The notes: a model not told the origin generated them from the sequence alone. Positions 18,448-27,540 are shown, numbered from the stretch's first letter. The stretch is 38,205 nucleotides of DNA from a bacterium (GCA_027311385.1 DAICZA010000002.1:21327-59531); one strand, 5' to 3'. Program-made: numbers and translations.

Positions 18448-19714
18448 TTCTTTCAGCCGGAAACTTAGACTTGCGTTCGGCGACCGCGAGATTCGTTTCC
18501 GCATCCTCTTCCTTGCCGGTGCGCTCGCACTCTTCCGCCTCCTCGCGGCGGTTCCCATCCCGGGCGTGGACAAGAACGCGCTTGCGGCGTTTTTTGCGAA
18601 TAACCAATTCTTCGGACTGTTGAATATTTTCTCCGGCGGCGGGCTTTCGCGCCTCTCGGTCGTGATGCTCGGCGTGGGCCCCTACATCACCGCGTCCATC
18701 ATTATGCAGCTCGGCACCATCGTTTTCCCGCAGGTGAAGCAGGCGTACTTTGAAGAGGGCGAAGCGGGCCGCGCGAAATTCATTGAATGGAGCCGCCTCT
18801 TGACCATTCCCATCGCTATCCTGCAGGGCATCGGCTTCCTCTTCCTGCTCGAGAGCCAGGGCGTCATTGCACACCTGGGCACGGTCGCGCTTGTCGCGAA
18901 TATCGCGCTCATCGCCGCGGGTTCTATGCTTCTTATGTGGCTCGGCGAGCTCGTGACCGAGTTCGGCATAGGGAACGGCGTGTCGCTCATCATCCTCGCG
19001 GGCATCCTCGCAGGCGTTCCTTCCAGTATCTCGCAGACCATCTTCGCGTCCACGGTGGCGAACATCCCCGCGTACCTCGCCTTCGCCGTCCTCGCGCTCG
19101 CGATGATTTACGCGGTCGTGGTCGTGTCCGATGCCGAGCGCTCCATCCCGATTGCCTATGCGCGTGCGGTACGCGGCGCCGCGCTGTCGCAAGGTGCGGC
19201 GACGTATCTCCCCATCCGCCTTCTGCAGGCCGGCGTCATCCCCATCATTTTCGCGCTGTCGCTCCTGCTCTTGCCGCAGATGGTGCTGTCTATGCTCGGC
19301 GCGTTCCATCTCTCGTTTGCAACGGCTGCGGCGACCTGGTACACCGCGTTCCTCTCCAATCCGTGGAAGTACGGCTCGGTCTACTTCCTGCTGGTGGTGC
19401 TCTTCACGTATTTCTATACCGCCGTCACGTTTGAACCGCACCGCGTTGCGGAAAATCTCCAGAAGACCGGCGCATTTGTCCCCGGCGTGCGCCCCGGCCG
19501 CGAGACCGAAGAATACATCGGGAAGGTCGTGAATCGTGTGACGCTCCCCGGCGCCTGCTTCCTCGGCCTTCTTGCCGTCGCTCCGAGCATCATCCAGGGG
19601 CTCACCGGCGTCACGACGCTCATCCTCGGCGGTACCGCGCTCCTCATCGCCGTGCAGGTCGCGCTTGACCTCGCGCAGAAAATAGACGCCCAAGTCTCGC
19701 TCCGCGAATACTAA
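18440..19714 (+). CDS. secY: preprotein translocase subunit SecY
   Basis: LGVGPYITASIIMQL, GIGNGVSLII, AGVIPIIFA, PGVRPG, GGTALLI. Confidence 0.98.
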   Translation: MLNSFSRKLRLAFGDREIRFRILFLAGALALFRLLAAVPIPGVDKNALAAFFANNQFFGLLNIFSGGGLSRLSVVMLGVGPYITASIIMQLGTIVFPQVKQAYFEEGEAGRAKFIEWSRLLTIPIAILQGIGFLFLLESQGVIAHLGTVALVANIALIAAGSMLLMWLGELVTEFGIGNGVSLIILAGILAGVPSSISQTIFASTVANIPAYLAFAVLALAMIYAVVVVSDAERSIPIAYARAVRGAALSQGAATYLPIRLLQAGVIPIIFALSLLLLPQMVLSMLGAFHLSFATAAATWYTAFLSNPWKYGSVYFLLVVLFTYFYTAVTFEPHRVAENLQKTGAFVPGVRPGRETEEYIGKVVNRVTLPGACFLGLLAVAPSIIQGLTGVTTLILGGTALLIAVQVALDLAQKIDAQVSLREY

Positions 19715-19732
19715 AGGTGGTAGAGTAGGGCA

Positions 19733-20338
19733 ATGGACACGCACCCCGAGAGTACTCCGAACGCAGCTGACCGCGAAGGGGCGCGCACGGTACTTTTTAT
19801 CGGGAAGCCCGGCTGCGGAAAGGGCGACCAGGCGAAGCTGCTTGCGGAGAAGACCGGCTGGAAGATCATTGCCTCGGGCGAGCAGTTCCGGGCGATGGCT
19901 ACCGAGGACACGCTCGTCGGACGGAAAGTGAAGTCCGTCGGCGACGCGGGCATGCTCCAGCCGCATTGGCTCGCGGAGTATCTCTTTCTCAAGAATCTTT
20001 TTCTTCTCGCGGAAGACGACGGGGCCATTTTTGACGGGTTTGGTCGCGAAGTTCAAGAAACGGAGCTTATTATGGACGCATTTGCCTGGCTCAATCGTCC
20101 GTTCATCGCCCTCCATCTGCGCATTTCCGATGAAGAAATTCGCCACCGCCTCGCGTTGCGCAAGGAGATTGAAGGCCGCGCCGACGACAGTGCCGTTGAC
20201 GAGCGCCTGAAGGAATACCGGGAATACACCGAACCGGTCATTGAGCTGTTCCGCAAGGAAGGGAAGCTCGTTGAAATAGACGGCGAGCGGACGCGGGAAG
20301 CGATTGCAGCAGACATCAACGCGGCGCTCAACCTCTGA
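19733..20338 (+). CDS. adk: adenylate kinase family (short LID)
   Basis: GKPGCGKG P-loop, FDGFGR, GRADD; synteny after secY. Confidence 0.88.
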   Translation: MDTHPESTPNAADREGARTVLFIGKPGCGKGDQAKLLAEKTGWKIIASGEQFRAMATEDTLVGRKVKSVGDAGMLQPHWLAEYLFLKNLFLLAEDDGAIFDGFGREVQETELIMDAFAWLNRPFIALHLRISDEEIRHRLALRKEIEGRADDSAVDERLKEYREYTEPVIELFRKEGKLVEIDGERTREAIAADINAALNL

Positions 20339-21105
20339 TGACGATTACGAACGACACACAGCGTGCGGACCTGATTGAGGGCGGGAAGCGCCTTGCGGCG
20401 GTGCTTGCGGCGCTGCGCGCGAACGTCGCTCCTGGCGTGACGACCGAAGCGTTGGACGACCTTGCCGAACAACTCATCCGCGACGGCGGCGATGAACCGT
20501 GCTTCCTCGGCTACACGCCCGAAGGTTCAAATCGGCCGTACCCGGCGACGCTGTGCGTCTCCATTAACGACGAAGTCGTGCACGGCATCCCGAACGAGTC
20601 ACCAAAGACGCTGAAGGAGGGCGACATCGTCGGACTGGACCTCGGACTCGCGCATAACGGCGTCATCGTGGACGCGGCCATCACCGTGCCGGTGGGGAAC
20701 GTAACCGAGGAGACGAAGGAGCTCCTGCGCGCGACGGAGGCGGCGCTTGCCGCGGGTATCGCCGCCGCCCTTCCGGGGAAGCACGTGGGCGATATTTCGG
20801 CGGCCATCCAGAAGGAGATTGAAGACGCGGGATTTAAGGTGGTGAAGGAGCTCGGCGGTCACGGCGTGGGGGAGCGCGTGCACGAGGAGCCGTTCATCCC
20901 CAACTACGGCCGCGCCGGCGACGGAGAATTGCTCACCGAAGGTATGGTGCTCGCGCTGGAGCCGATTTCCACCGCCGGAAAGGCCACAGTCATCCTTACC
21001 CCCGACGGCTACACCTACCGCACCAAGGACGGCTCGCGCTCCGCGCATTTTGAACACACGATTTTGATAGAAAAGGGCGGCGCGCGTGTTGTAACAGCAC
21101 AGTAA
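20338..21105 (+). CDS. map: type I methionine aminopeptidase
   Basis: SINDEVVHGIP, GHGVG, HEEP, SAHFEHT. Confidence 0.97.
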   Translation: MTITNDTQRADLIEGGKRLAAVLAALRANVAPGVTTEALDDLAEQLIRDGGDEPCFLGYTPEGSNRPYPATLCVSINDEVVHGIPNESPKTLKEGDIVGLDLGLAHNGVIVDAAITVPVGNVTEETKELLRATEAALAAGIAAALPGKHVGDISAAIQKEIEDAGFKVVKELGGHGVGERVHEEPFIPNYGRAGDGELLTEGMVLALEPISTAGKATVILTPDGYTYRTKDGSRSAHFEHTILIEKGGARVVTAQ

Positions 21106-21151
21106 GTTGTGCACCACGCCTCTCCTGCGCGGTCAAAGCAGCCCTATACTA

Positions 21152-21350
21152 ATAGACAGACTTGTTCTTGAAGCGTTCGCGTTACCATTCACACGACGGA
21201 ATGGAACACGGATTGCGAGCGGGGCTTTCGATCCCTTTCCGCCAGAAGGGAGTAAAGAGGTTCTCTTTACGACGGGAGGCATCGTCACGTTCCGCAGGAC
21301 GAGGATGATAAAGAGGGCACCGAGGGAAATACCCGGTGCCCGCCTTGTTT
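21152..21350 (+). ncRNA. candidate structured small RNA 1
   Basis: TATACT at 21145, shared 5' motif, consecutive hairpins, terminal gggcaccg/cggtgccc stem plus T-rich tail. Confidence 0.4.
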
Positions 21351-21429
21351 CCCTCCATATTGCATACATAAGAAAAACGCGTATCATAACTGCATAGCCC
21401 TCGCGGCATTTTATTTTTTATACTCACCT

Positions 21430-22035
21430 ATGGCACACCCGAAAACAGAACGAACGCTCGTCATCGTAAAGCCCGACGGCATTCAGCGCGCGCTTATCGG
21501 CGAAATTATGAAGCGCTATGAGCGACTCGGCCTCAAGCTTGTGGGACTCAAGATGCTCGTCCCGAGCGAGAAGATGATAGAAGAGCATTATTTGCTTGAC
21601 CCGAACTGGAAGAAAAACGTCGGCGAGAAATCAATCGCAAGCTATGTGAAGAAGGGCGAGACGCCGCCGTCAACCGACCCGATTGAAGTCGCAAACGCGG
21701 TGGTCGCGAATTTGAAAAAGTATATGACGAGCGGACCGGTCATTGCGATGGTCTGGGAAGGTGCACACGCGGTGGAGCTGGTGCGCAAGATTACGGGCGG
21801 TACGGAGCCGCGCTCTGCGGGTATCGGCACGATACGCGGCGACTTCGTTCTTGATTCCTACCAAATGGCGGATTCGGATACACGCGCCATCCGCAATCTC
21901 ATTCACGCGTCCGGCTCGGTCCCCGAGGCGGATATGGAAATTCCGCACTGGTTTAAGCCCGAAGAAGTCATCAATTACCACGTACCGCACGAGGCGATAC
22001 TCTACGACGTGGAAATGAAGAATATCCTCGGTTGA
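21430..22035 (+). CDS. ndk: nucleoside-diphosphate kinase
   Basis: ERTLVIVKPDG, SGPV, GTIRGDF, RNLIHAS. Confidence 0.96.
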   Translation: MAHPKTERTLVIVKPDGIQRALIGEIMKRYERLGLKLVGLKMLVPSEKMIEEHYLLDPNWKKNVGEKSIASYVKKGETPPSTDPIEVANAVVANLKKYMTSGPVIAMVWEGAHAVELVRKITGGTEPRSAGIGTIRGDFVLDSYQMADSDTRAIRNLIHASGSVPEADMEIPHWFKPEEVINYHVPHEAILYDVEMKNILG

Positions 22036-22041
22036 GGAACG

Positions 22042-22077
22042 GCAAAAGCCCCGCGATACGCGGGGCTTTTGCGTTTT
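22042..22077. terminator. intrinsic terminator
   Basis: gcaaaagccccgcg-ata-cgcggggcttttgc. Confidence 0.85.
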
Positions 22078-22110
22078 CCACAAGGATATTTTGACGCCGG
22101 GTGTATAGTT

Positions 22111-22347
22111 ATAGACGGAGCTGTTCTTGAAAACGCAACTTGCTCCGGTTTCGGGAAGACGGCATTAAGACGCGCTTGGTGAGCCCCTTACCACTTTTGA
22201 CGCAATGTCTTGCAGTACGAATTGGTAACTATTGTTTCAAAAGTGGTAAGGGGAATCCGAGAGCCGTCGTTGTTCGTAACCCACGTAACACCATAAAGTT
22301 GCCGGAGAGGACAGTTCCGCAAAAAGCCGCTCACAAAGGCGGCTTTT
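22111..22347 (+). ncRNA. candidate structured small RNA 2
   Basis: TATAGT at 22104, shared 5' motif, nested stems gcaactt/aagttgc and gacggc/gccgtc, terminator at 22322-22347. Confidence 0.4.
22184..22253. repeat. MITE/REP-like inverted-repeat element, same family as 13430-13560
   Basis: Perfect 17-bp IR ccccttaccacttttga / tcaaaagtggtaagggg. Confidence 0.8.
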
Positions 22348-22366
22348 CGCGTGCTACAGTGCGTGT

Positions 22367-23767
22367 ATGGCACTCAAGCTTTCGTTCTATGGCGGCGCCG
22401 GCAAAGTGACCGGCTCTAACTTTTTAGTGGAAGGTGCGCGCGGAAAAGTGCTCGTGGACTGCGGCATTGAACAGGGCGCCGACTTCGCGGTGGCGGAGGT
22501 GTACGGGCCGTTCCCGTACGACGTGACGGCCATTGACGCGCTCATCATCACCCACGCGCACCTGGACCATGTGGGCCGCATCCCGAAGCTCGTGAAGGAC
22601 GGTTTCCGCGGGAAGATTTATATGACACCGCCCACAAAAGACCTCGCGGAGCTCATTCTGCGCGATTCGGTCAACATCCTCCGGCAGGATGCGTCCCGAA
22701 AGCATCTTCCGCCCTTGTACGAGGAACAGGATGTGGACGCGGCGTTCGCGCTCATTGAAACGCTGGACTATCACGTGGAGAAAGAGATTGCGCCCGGGCT
22801 CTCGGCGTACCTGCGCAACACGGGCCACATCCTCGGCTCGGCGAGCGTGCGCATCACCGACGAAGAGGGGACGACCGTCGCACTTACCGGCGACCTCGGT
22901 AACTCGCCGTCGCCCTTACTGCCGGACTGGGAGCCGGTGCGGGACGCGGATGCGCTCGTGATGGAGAGCGTGTACGGCGACCGGCTCCATCCGCCCCAGT
23001 CGGAGCGCGTCGCGAAGCTTCGCGACGCGCTCAAGCGCGCGGTTGCGCGCGGGGGGACGATTCTCATCCCCGCCTTCTCGCTGGAGCGCACCCAGTTGAT
23101 GCTCTATGAGCTCTCAAATTTCTTCGCGGCAAAAGAATTACCGGAAATTCCGGTCTTCCTGGATTCGCCGCTCGCCATCCGCGTGACCGCGCTCTACGAG
23201 AAGTGGGGACCGACCTATTTCAAGCCAGAGACCGAGGACGAGATGAAGCGGGAAGGGAGCATCTTTGAATTCCCGTTCCTCACGCAGACGCTTTCGCGCG
23301 AGGAATCAATGACGATAGAGAAAGTACCGGGGCAGAAAATCATCATTGCCGGCGCGGGGATGAGCCACGGCGGCCGCATCGGCCACTGGGAGACGAAATA
23401 CCTGCCCGACCCGTCCACCACGCTCTTTATGGTCGGCTACCAGGCACCCGGCACGCCCGGGCGGCGGATGATGGAAGGCGCGTCGCACGTGCGCCTCGCG
23501 GGCAACGATGTCGCCATCAAGGCGAAGATAGAGATATTGGAGGGGTGGTCGGCGCACGCCGACCGTGACGAGCTCCTCAAATTCGCGGAAGCCGCGCTTG
23601 CCGACAAGCGGCCGAAAGTCATCTTCACGGCTCTTGGCGAGCCCTCTGCCGAGCGATTCCTCGCCCAGCGCATCCACGACTACCTCGGCGCCCGCGCCGT
23701 CGTCCCCGACTACGGGCAGACGTGGGAGATTACGAAGGATTCGGTGAAGAAGGTGAGGGAGGCTTGA
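22367..23767 (+). CDS. MBL-fold beta-CASP ribonuclease (YSH1/CPSF-like)
   Basis: THAHLDHVG, GHILGSA, MESVYGDR, GMSHGGRI, SAHAD. Confidence 0.92.
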   Translation: MALKLSFYGGAGKVTGSNFLVEGARGKVLVDCGIEQGADFAVAEVYGPFPYDVTAIDALIITHAHLDHVGRIPKLVKDGFRGKIYMTPPTKDLAELILRDSVNILRQDASRKHLPPLYEEQDVDAAFALIETLDYHVEKEIAPGLSAYLRNTGHILGSASVRITDEEGTTVALTGDLGNSPSPLLPDWEPVRDADALVMESVYGDRLHPPQSERVAKLRDALKRAVARGGTILIPAFSLERTQLMLYELSNFFAAKELPEIPVFLDSPLAIRVTALYEKWGPTYFKPETEDEMKREGSIFEFPFLTQTLSREESMTIEKVPGQKIIIAGAGMSHGGRIGHWETKYLPDPSTTLFMVGYQAPGTPGRRMMEGASHVRLAGNDVAIKAKIEILEGWSAHADRDELLKFAEAALADKRPKVIFTALGEPSAERFLAQRIHDYLGARAVVPDYGQTWEITKDSVKKVREA

Positions 23768-23822
23768 CGGGCAGAACTAGTGGGTATATCATCTTTGTTA
23801 TGGGTCTTTACCCGTAGTAAAA

Positions 23823-24197
23823 ATGAACTTTGAGCCAGAAATTGAATTGTATGCCAAAGGCGACCTTGAAGTCGTCTATGAATCTTTGTTCGAGAAGCTG
23901 GGAGAGACAGGTTTGGTTAAGGTTGAGCGCAAGCTCAGCCGATATCAATCCATAACGGTGGAGACACTGTTTCGTACAGGAACACTCGACTTCATAAATG
24001 GTTCTACTAACCCGCGTCTGTACGAACTTAAAGTGAAAAGCATTCAAATCCCAGTGAGATTCGTCTGTGCACTTGAAGGTCGAACATTAGTCTTGCTCGA
24101 TGTCTTTTTTACCAGTGGTTCTAGTGGCGCAGTTGAGAAACACTTGTCGCGTGCATCCGCCCGTCTCGTTGATTGGCGTATGAACAATCGTGCATAA
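23823..24197 (+). CDS. RelE/HigB (gp49-like) toxin-like protein
   Basis: LYELKV...RFV...LVLLDVF...ARLVDW pattern; lies upstream of an XRE HTH gene; AT-rich. Confidence 0.6.
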   Translation: MNFEPEIELYAKGDLEVVYESLFEKLGETGLVKVERKLSRYQSITVETLFRTGTLDFINGSTNPRLYELKVKSIQIPVRFVCALEGRTLVLLDVFFTSGSSGAVEKHLSRASARLVDWRMNNRA

Positions 24198-24205
24198 AAT
24201 CTTCT

Positions 24206-24616
24206 ATGAAATTAAATCAACTACAAAAGAAAGTCAGAAGTGAAGAGCGCTTTAAAAAAGCGCGGCAAATCGTGCGCAAGGACATTGCGTTCCAAATAGC
24301 GCACCTGATTGAAGGACTTAGACTTTCGTTAGGTCTCTCACAGTCTCAGTTTGCGAAAAAGGTGGGGCTACAGCAGCCTGCGGTAGCTCGCTTTGAAAGA
24401 GGTGGTAACACCGTTCCGAGCCTCCCGATGCTTCAGAGAATTGCAGATGCCTTCGACCTTGAATTGATTTTGCCCAACTTCGTAATTCCTCGCAGGGGAC
24501 TCATTAAGAGCAACTCGCAGACAGAGTCAAAGAAATCTTTATTGTCCGCAGTCTCCCCTTATTACTCACGGACGGAAGGGGATCATAGGATTCAGGACGT
24601 CACCTATCTAAGATAA
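24206..24616 (+). CDS. XRE-family HTH protein (HigA-like antitoxin) with C-terminal extension
   Basis: LRLSLGLSQSQFAKKVGLQQPAVARFERG..PSL..LQRIADA; start at ATG 24206. Confidence 0.85.
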   Translation: MKLNQLQKKVRSEERFKKARQIVRKDIAFQIAHLIEGLRLSLGLSQSQFAKKVGLQQPAVARFERGGNTVPSLPMLQRIADAFDLELILPNFVIPRRGLIKSNSQTESKKSLLSAVSPYYSRTEGDHRIQDVTYLR

Positions 24617-24621
24617 TTAAC

Positions 24622-25062
24622 ATGAACAAAAATAAAACTTTAGAGGCAGTTTGGGGTGCCCTTTGTGGAAATTCAAGTATTGATCAGGAGACAAATAACA
24701 TCTCGTTGTATAATGTACTCGAACGAGTTATCTTCACGAAAAATAAAGGGGAGAATAAGACACCCAAAGGTCCTGATGTTGCGCCGCTTCAGTATGAATA
24801 CATCGTCCTTCTGCAACGTCCTGATCCAGTAGACAAGAAGGCAACGTACCCATTGACGTTGCGCATACGAGACCCTAAGGGAGTTGTCTTGAACGAAGCT
24901 CCAATACCTGCGGTGTTTGATGTGGATAAAAAACGTCTAAGGATACGCATCCAGAATAATGCATTCGTAATTAGTGGATCCGGGGAATATCGTTTTGAAG
25001 CCCTCCTTGAGGGTACCGATACGCCGCTTACAAGCACGCCTCTCGAAGTCGTTCTCAACTAG
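24622..25062 (+). CDS. hypothetical beta-rich protein (DUF6941-like)
   Basis: LC...IDQETNNISLYNV N-terminus and G.Y.FE C-terminus; tightly coupled to the preceding gene. Confidence 0.65.
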   Translation: MNKNKTLEAVWGALCGNSSIDQETNNISLYNVLERVIFTKNKGENKTPKGPDVAPLQYEYIVLLQRPDPVDKKATYPLTLRIRDPKGVVLNEAPIPAVFDVDKKRLRIRIQNNAFVISGSGEYRFEALLEGTDTPLTSTPLEVVLN

Positions 25063-25090
25063 GAGAACGGTAAATGTAAAAATAAAACGA

Positions 25091-25115
25091 AAAACCGCCC
25101 TTTCGGGGCGGTTTT
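25091..25115. terminator. bidirectional terminator
   Basis: aaaaccgccc-tttcg-gggcggtttt between convergent genes. Confidence 0.8.
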
Positions 25116-25123
25116 GGTTTTGC

Positions 25124-25471
25124 TTAGACGACCTGCTTTGAGATTCTTTCAAAAATCTCGGGATGGTCGGCGGCGAACTCGGCGAGGACCTTGCGGTCAA
25201 GCGCGAAGCCGTTCTTCTTCAACTTCGCGATGAACGTGGAGTAGGACTGGTGGCCATTCTCGCGGACGGCGGCGTTCAAGCGCACGATCCAGAGCTGGCG
25301 GAAATCGGTCTTCTTGTCGCGGCGGTGGGCGAACGCGTAGCGGCCCGCGCGCATCAAAGCTTCGTGAGACGCGTGCAGCTTCTTGGAGCGGATGCCGCGA
25401 TAGCCCTTCGCGCGTTCCAGGATGTTCTTGCGACGCTTATTTGCATGTACGCCCCCTTTGATTCTTGTCAT
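25124..25471 (-). CDS. rplT: 50S ribosomal protein L20
   Basis: AKGYRG, FRQLWIVRLNAA, LDRKVLA. Confidence 0.98.
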   Translation of the reverse strand: MTRIKGGVHANKRRKNILERAKGYRGIRSKKLHASHEALMRAGRYAFAHRRDKKTDFRQLWIVRLNAAVRENGHQSYSTFIAKLKKNGFALDRKVLAEFAADHPEIFERISKQVV

Positions 25472-25489
25472 ACGGAAATGATTACTCGT

Positions 25490-25684
25490 TTATTTTGCAC
25501 CGGTGCCCGGGAGGAAGCGGCGGCGGACCTTTGCGGTCAGGGTGAGGCCAACCGAGCGGCGCTTCGCGCTGCGCGTTGCGCCGCTCGCTTTTGCGTTGAA
25601 ATGGTTCTGACCTTTCACGCGCACGACAAGCTTCCCGTTACGGGTGACTCGTATTCGTTTGCTGTAAGATTTGTTTGTTTTCAT
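25490..25684 (-). CDS. rpmI: 50S ribosomal protein L35
   Basis: MKTNKSYSKRIRVT.NGK, NHF; lies between infC and rplT. Confidence 0.93.
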   Translation of the reverse strand: MKTNKSYSKRIRVTRNGKLVVRVKGQNHFNAKASGATRSAKRRSVGLTLTAKVRRRFLPGTGAK

Positions 25685-25698
25685 GATTTGTTGGCTTG

Positions 25699-25738
25699 CC
25701 CCGTTAGAACACGAACGAAGTGAGTTTTCTAACCGGGG
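25699..25738. repeat. CCCCGTTAGA/TCTAACGGGG hairpin repeat
   Basis: ccccgttagaac...ttctaaccgggg; overlaps the infC stop codon. Confidence 0.7.
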
Positions 25739-26298
25739 TTTTCATTTTTGATTTTGGATTCCTTCTCGCGTTTCGCCTGGGCGACGAGGTCGCGCTCAAT
25801 CACTCCGGCGAACCCTTTCGGGCTCTTGGTGATCGGCTCGGCGACCTTGTACGCATACGGGATGCGGAGAAGAAATTTCTCAAGGCGGTCCTTCAGGAAT
25901 TTCTCCTCCATACCCTTGTAGCGGCCCTTCAGGAAAAGCTCGGCGCGGACCCGGTGGCCCTCGGCGAGCCACTCGGCGGCCTTCTTAGCTTTGAGCTCCA
26001 TATCGTGCTCCCCGGTGCCCACTTTGACCTGGACCTCCTTGGTTTCCGACACCTTTACCTTGGCTTTTGCTACCTTTTCCTTCTTACTGCGCTCGTACTC
26101 AAATTTACCATAATCCATGATCTTCGCAATGGGCGGGACCGCCGAGGGCGAAATCTCTATAAGGTCCAGTCCGGCCGTCTTGGCGGCCGCGAGCGCCTGC
26201 TCCAGCGGGAGCACCCCCAGATTGCTCCCGTCGGCGCTAATCACACGCAATTCTTGCGCGCGGATTTCGTTATTAATTCTGAGTCGGTCAGTAGCCAC
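25729..26298 (-). CDS. infC: translation initiation factor IF-3
   Basis: RINNEIRA.ELRVI, AKIMDYGKFEYE; probable GTG start at 26298 behind TGc-TATATT. Confidence 0.95.
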   Translation of the reverse strand: MATDRLRINNEIRAQELRVISADGSNLGVLPLEQALAAAKTAGLDLIEISPSAVPPIAKIMDYGKFEYERSKKEKVAKAKVKVSETKEVQVKVGTGEHDMELKAKKAAEWLAEGHRVRAELFLKGRYKGMEEKFLKDRLEKFLLRIPYAYKVAEPITKSPKGFAGVIERDLVAQAKREKESKIKNENPG

Positions 26299-26337
26299 TG
26301 GAAGTAGGTAGAATATAGCACAAAAAGGGGAGGGGAC

Positions 26338-26494
26338 GCAACGCGGCAATGCGATTTCGGAGCACGCGTCGTTCCGCCCTGCCGCGGGACGCGCTCACTC
26401 TCGGCTCGCAAATTTCGGCGCAGCTGCCCTCCGGCGCCGAAATTACCGTGCTGCTTCGCCTCCGAGAGTCTCCGAAATCGCATTGTCGCGTTGC
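26338..26494. repeat. 157-nt structured element closed by a 25-bp inverted repeat
   Basis: gcaacgcggcaatgcgatttcggag / ctccgaaatcgcattgtcgcgttgc (24/25) with nested internal stems. Confidence 0.8.
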
Positions 26495-26541
26495 TGGGAG
26501 GTAAGGGGGCAAAAAGAAAACCGCCACACTTCTTTTATCTT

Positions 26542-27456
26542 TTACTTCGCGACTAGCTGGCTCGGGTTGGAGAGGACGATTTCTGCCTTTCCCTGATAGG
26601 AGGAAATTTTGCCGGTGAGGGTGACGGTTTGTCCGGCGTAGCGGGAGAGGTCGCCAAACGCTTTGGCATCGTCGGCGAAGATGACGCCCGAGAAGGGGCA
26701 GGTTTTGTAGGATGTGCAGAAGTCCAAGAAGACCGTGCCGGAGGCGCTGGTGTAAGCGTCTATAAGCGTCCCGCGCACGGAGGCGTACTCGCCCACGTGC
26801 GCGGGGGCTTGCGTGTAGTCAATCGTACCGGCCGAGACGGGCGCGGCCGCTGTCGCGGCCGCGTTGGTGCCTTTGTATTCATTCAGTAACCTCGTCAAAA
26901 TGTTTTCATACGTCTGCCGGAGCGCGGGGTCGGTGCCGATTTCAAGCAGTTCGTCGTTCTCGGTCGTCGCCGAACCGGTCCAGTTGTACGAGCCGAGCGC
27001 GTACGCCGAATCGGTGACGATGGCCTTGATATGCATAATCCCGGAGCCGTCTTTATGTTTTTCTGTTTCCACCGGAATGCCGGCGCTGACGAGCTCGGTG
27101 ATGACGGGCTTGTCGTAGCTGTTGGCGCTCTCGCCCGCGTCCACGAGTCCGCGCACGTCCACGCCGCGTTTCTTTGCCGCGACGAGCGCGTCGGCGATGT
27201 CTTTGAGCGTGAACTCGTACATCGCGAAATAAATCTTCGTTTTCGCCGCGTCAATGAGCGCAATAATTTCCTTATCATTCTGCTTCCGGTCTAGGCTGTA
27301 CACGACGCGGATGGAGCCGGCGGGCGGCGTCGTGACGGTTTGTGCCGCCATATCCGCGCTCGCCGTCTGTCCGTTTCCGCCCGCCGCATAGCCCACGCCG
27401 CCCGCCGCAAGCGCGAGCACGAGCGCCGCCGCCGCACGAGTTAGTTTTTGTCGCAT
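26542..27456 (-). CDS. secreted phospholipase D-family nuclease (Nuc-like) with a C-terminal OB-fold-like domain
   Basis: Signal peptide; single HxKxxxxD motif (MHIKAIVTD), GSYNWT, ENDE. Confidence 0.85.
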   Translation of the reverse strand: MRQKLTRAAAALVLALAAGGVGYAAGGNGQTASADMAAQTVTTPPAGSIRVVYSLDRKQNDKEIIALIDAAKTKIYFAMYEFTLKDIADALVAAKKRGVDVRGLVDAGESANSYDKPVITELVSAGIPVETEKHKDGSGIMHIKAIVTDSAYALGSYNWTGSATTENDELLEIGTDPALRQTYENILTRLLNEYKGTNAAATAAAPVSAGTIDYTQAPAHVGEYASVRGTLIDAYTSASGTVFLDFCTSYKTCPFSGVIFADDAKAFGDLSRYAGQTVTLTGKISSYQGKAEIVLSNPSQLVAK

Positions 27457-27540
27457 CCTTTCCAGTATACCCGCTTATCCACACCTGCTTGCCGTTTCTG
27501 ATAGGATAGGATTCCCGAGTAACCTACTAATTTGAATCCT

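Noticed and set aside
18413-20146. 577-aa reverse-strand ORF, and similar long antisense ORFs (8961-10235, 5403-5942, 36612-37937, 31953-33125)
   Set aside because: Shadows of well-identified high-GC3 genes on the opposite strand; no motifs or start signals
21060-21105. AT-richer last codons of map, as a possible replaced tail
   Set aside because: No downstream duplicate is visible, and end-of-gene AT enrichment is common
21107-21427. Short ORFs between map and ndk, and ORF 22140-22409
   Set aside because: No start signals or protein-like composition; they cross hairpins and terminators, so the regions are better explained as non-coding
23760-25123. Looked for tail duplications of the beta-CASP gene or rplT around the TA-like island
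   Set aside because: No second copy of either 3' end could be found by eye, so the island is not assigned to the tail-replacement system
26338-26494. Assignment as SRP RNA, 6S RNA or L20 leader
   Set aside because: No SRP domain IV consensus seen, and it lies upstream of the predicted infC promoter; left unassigned
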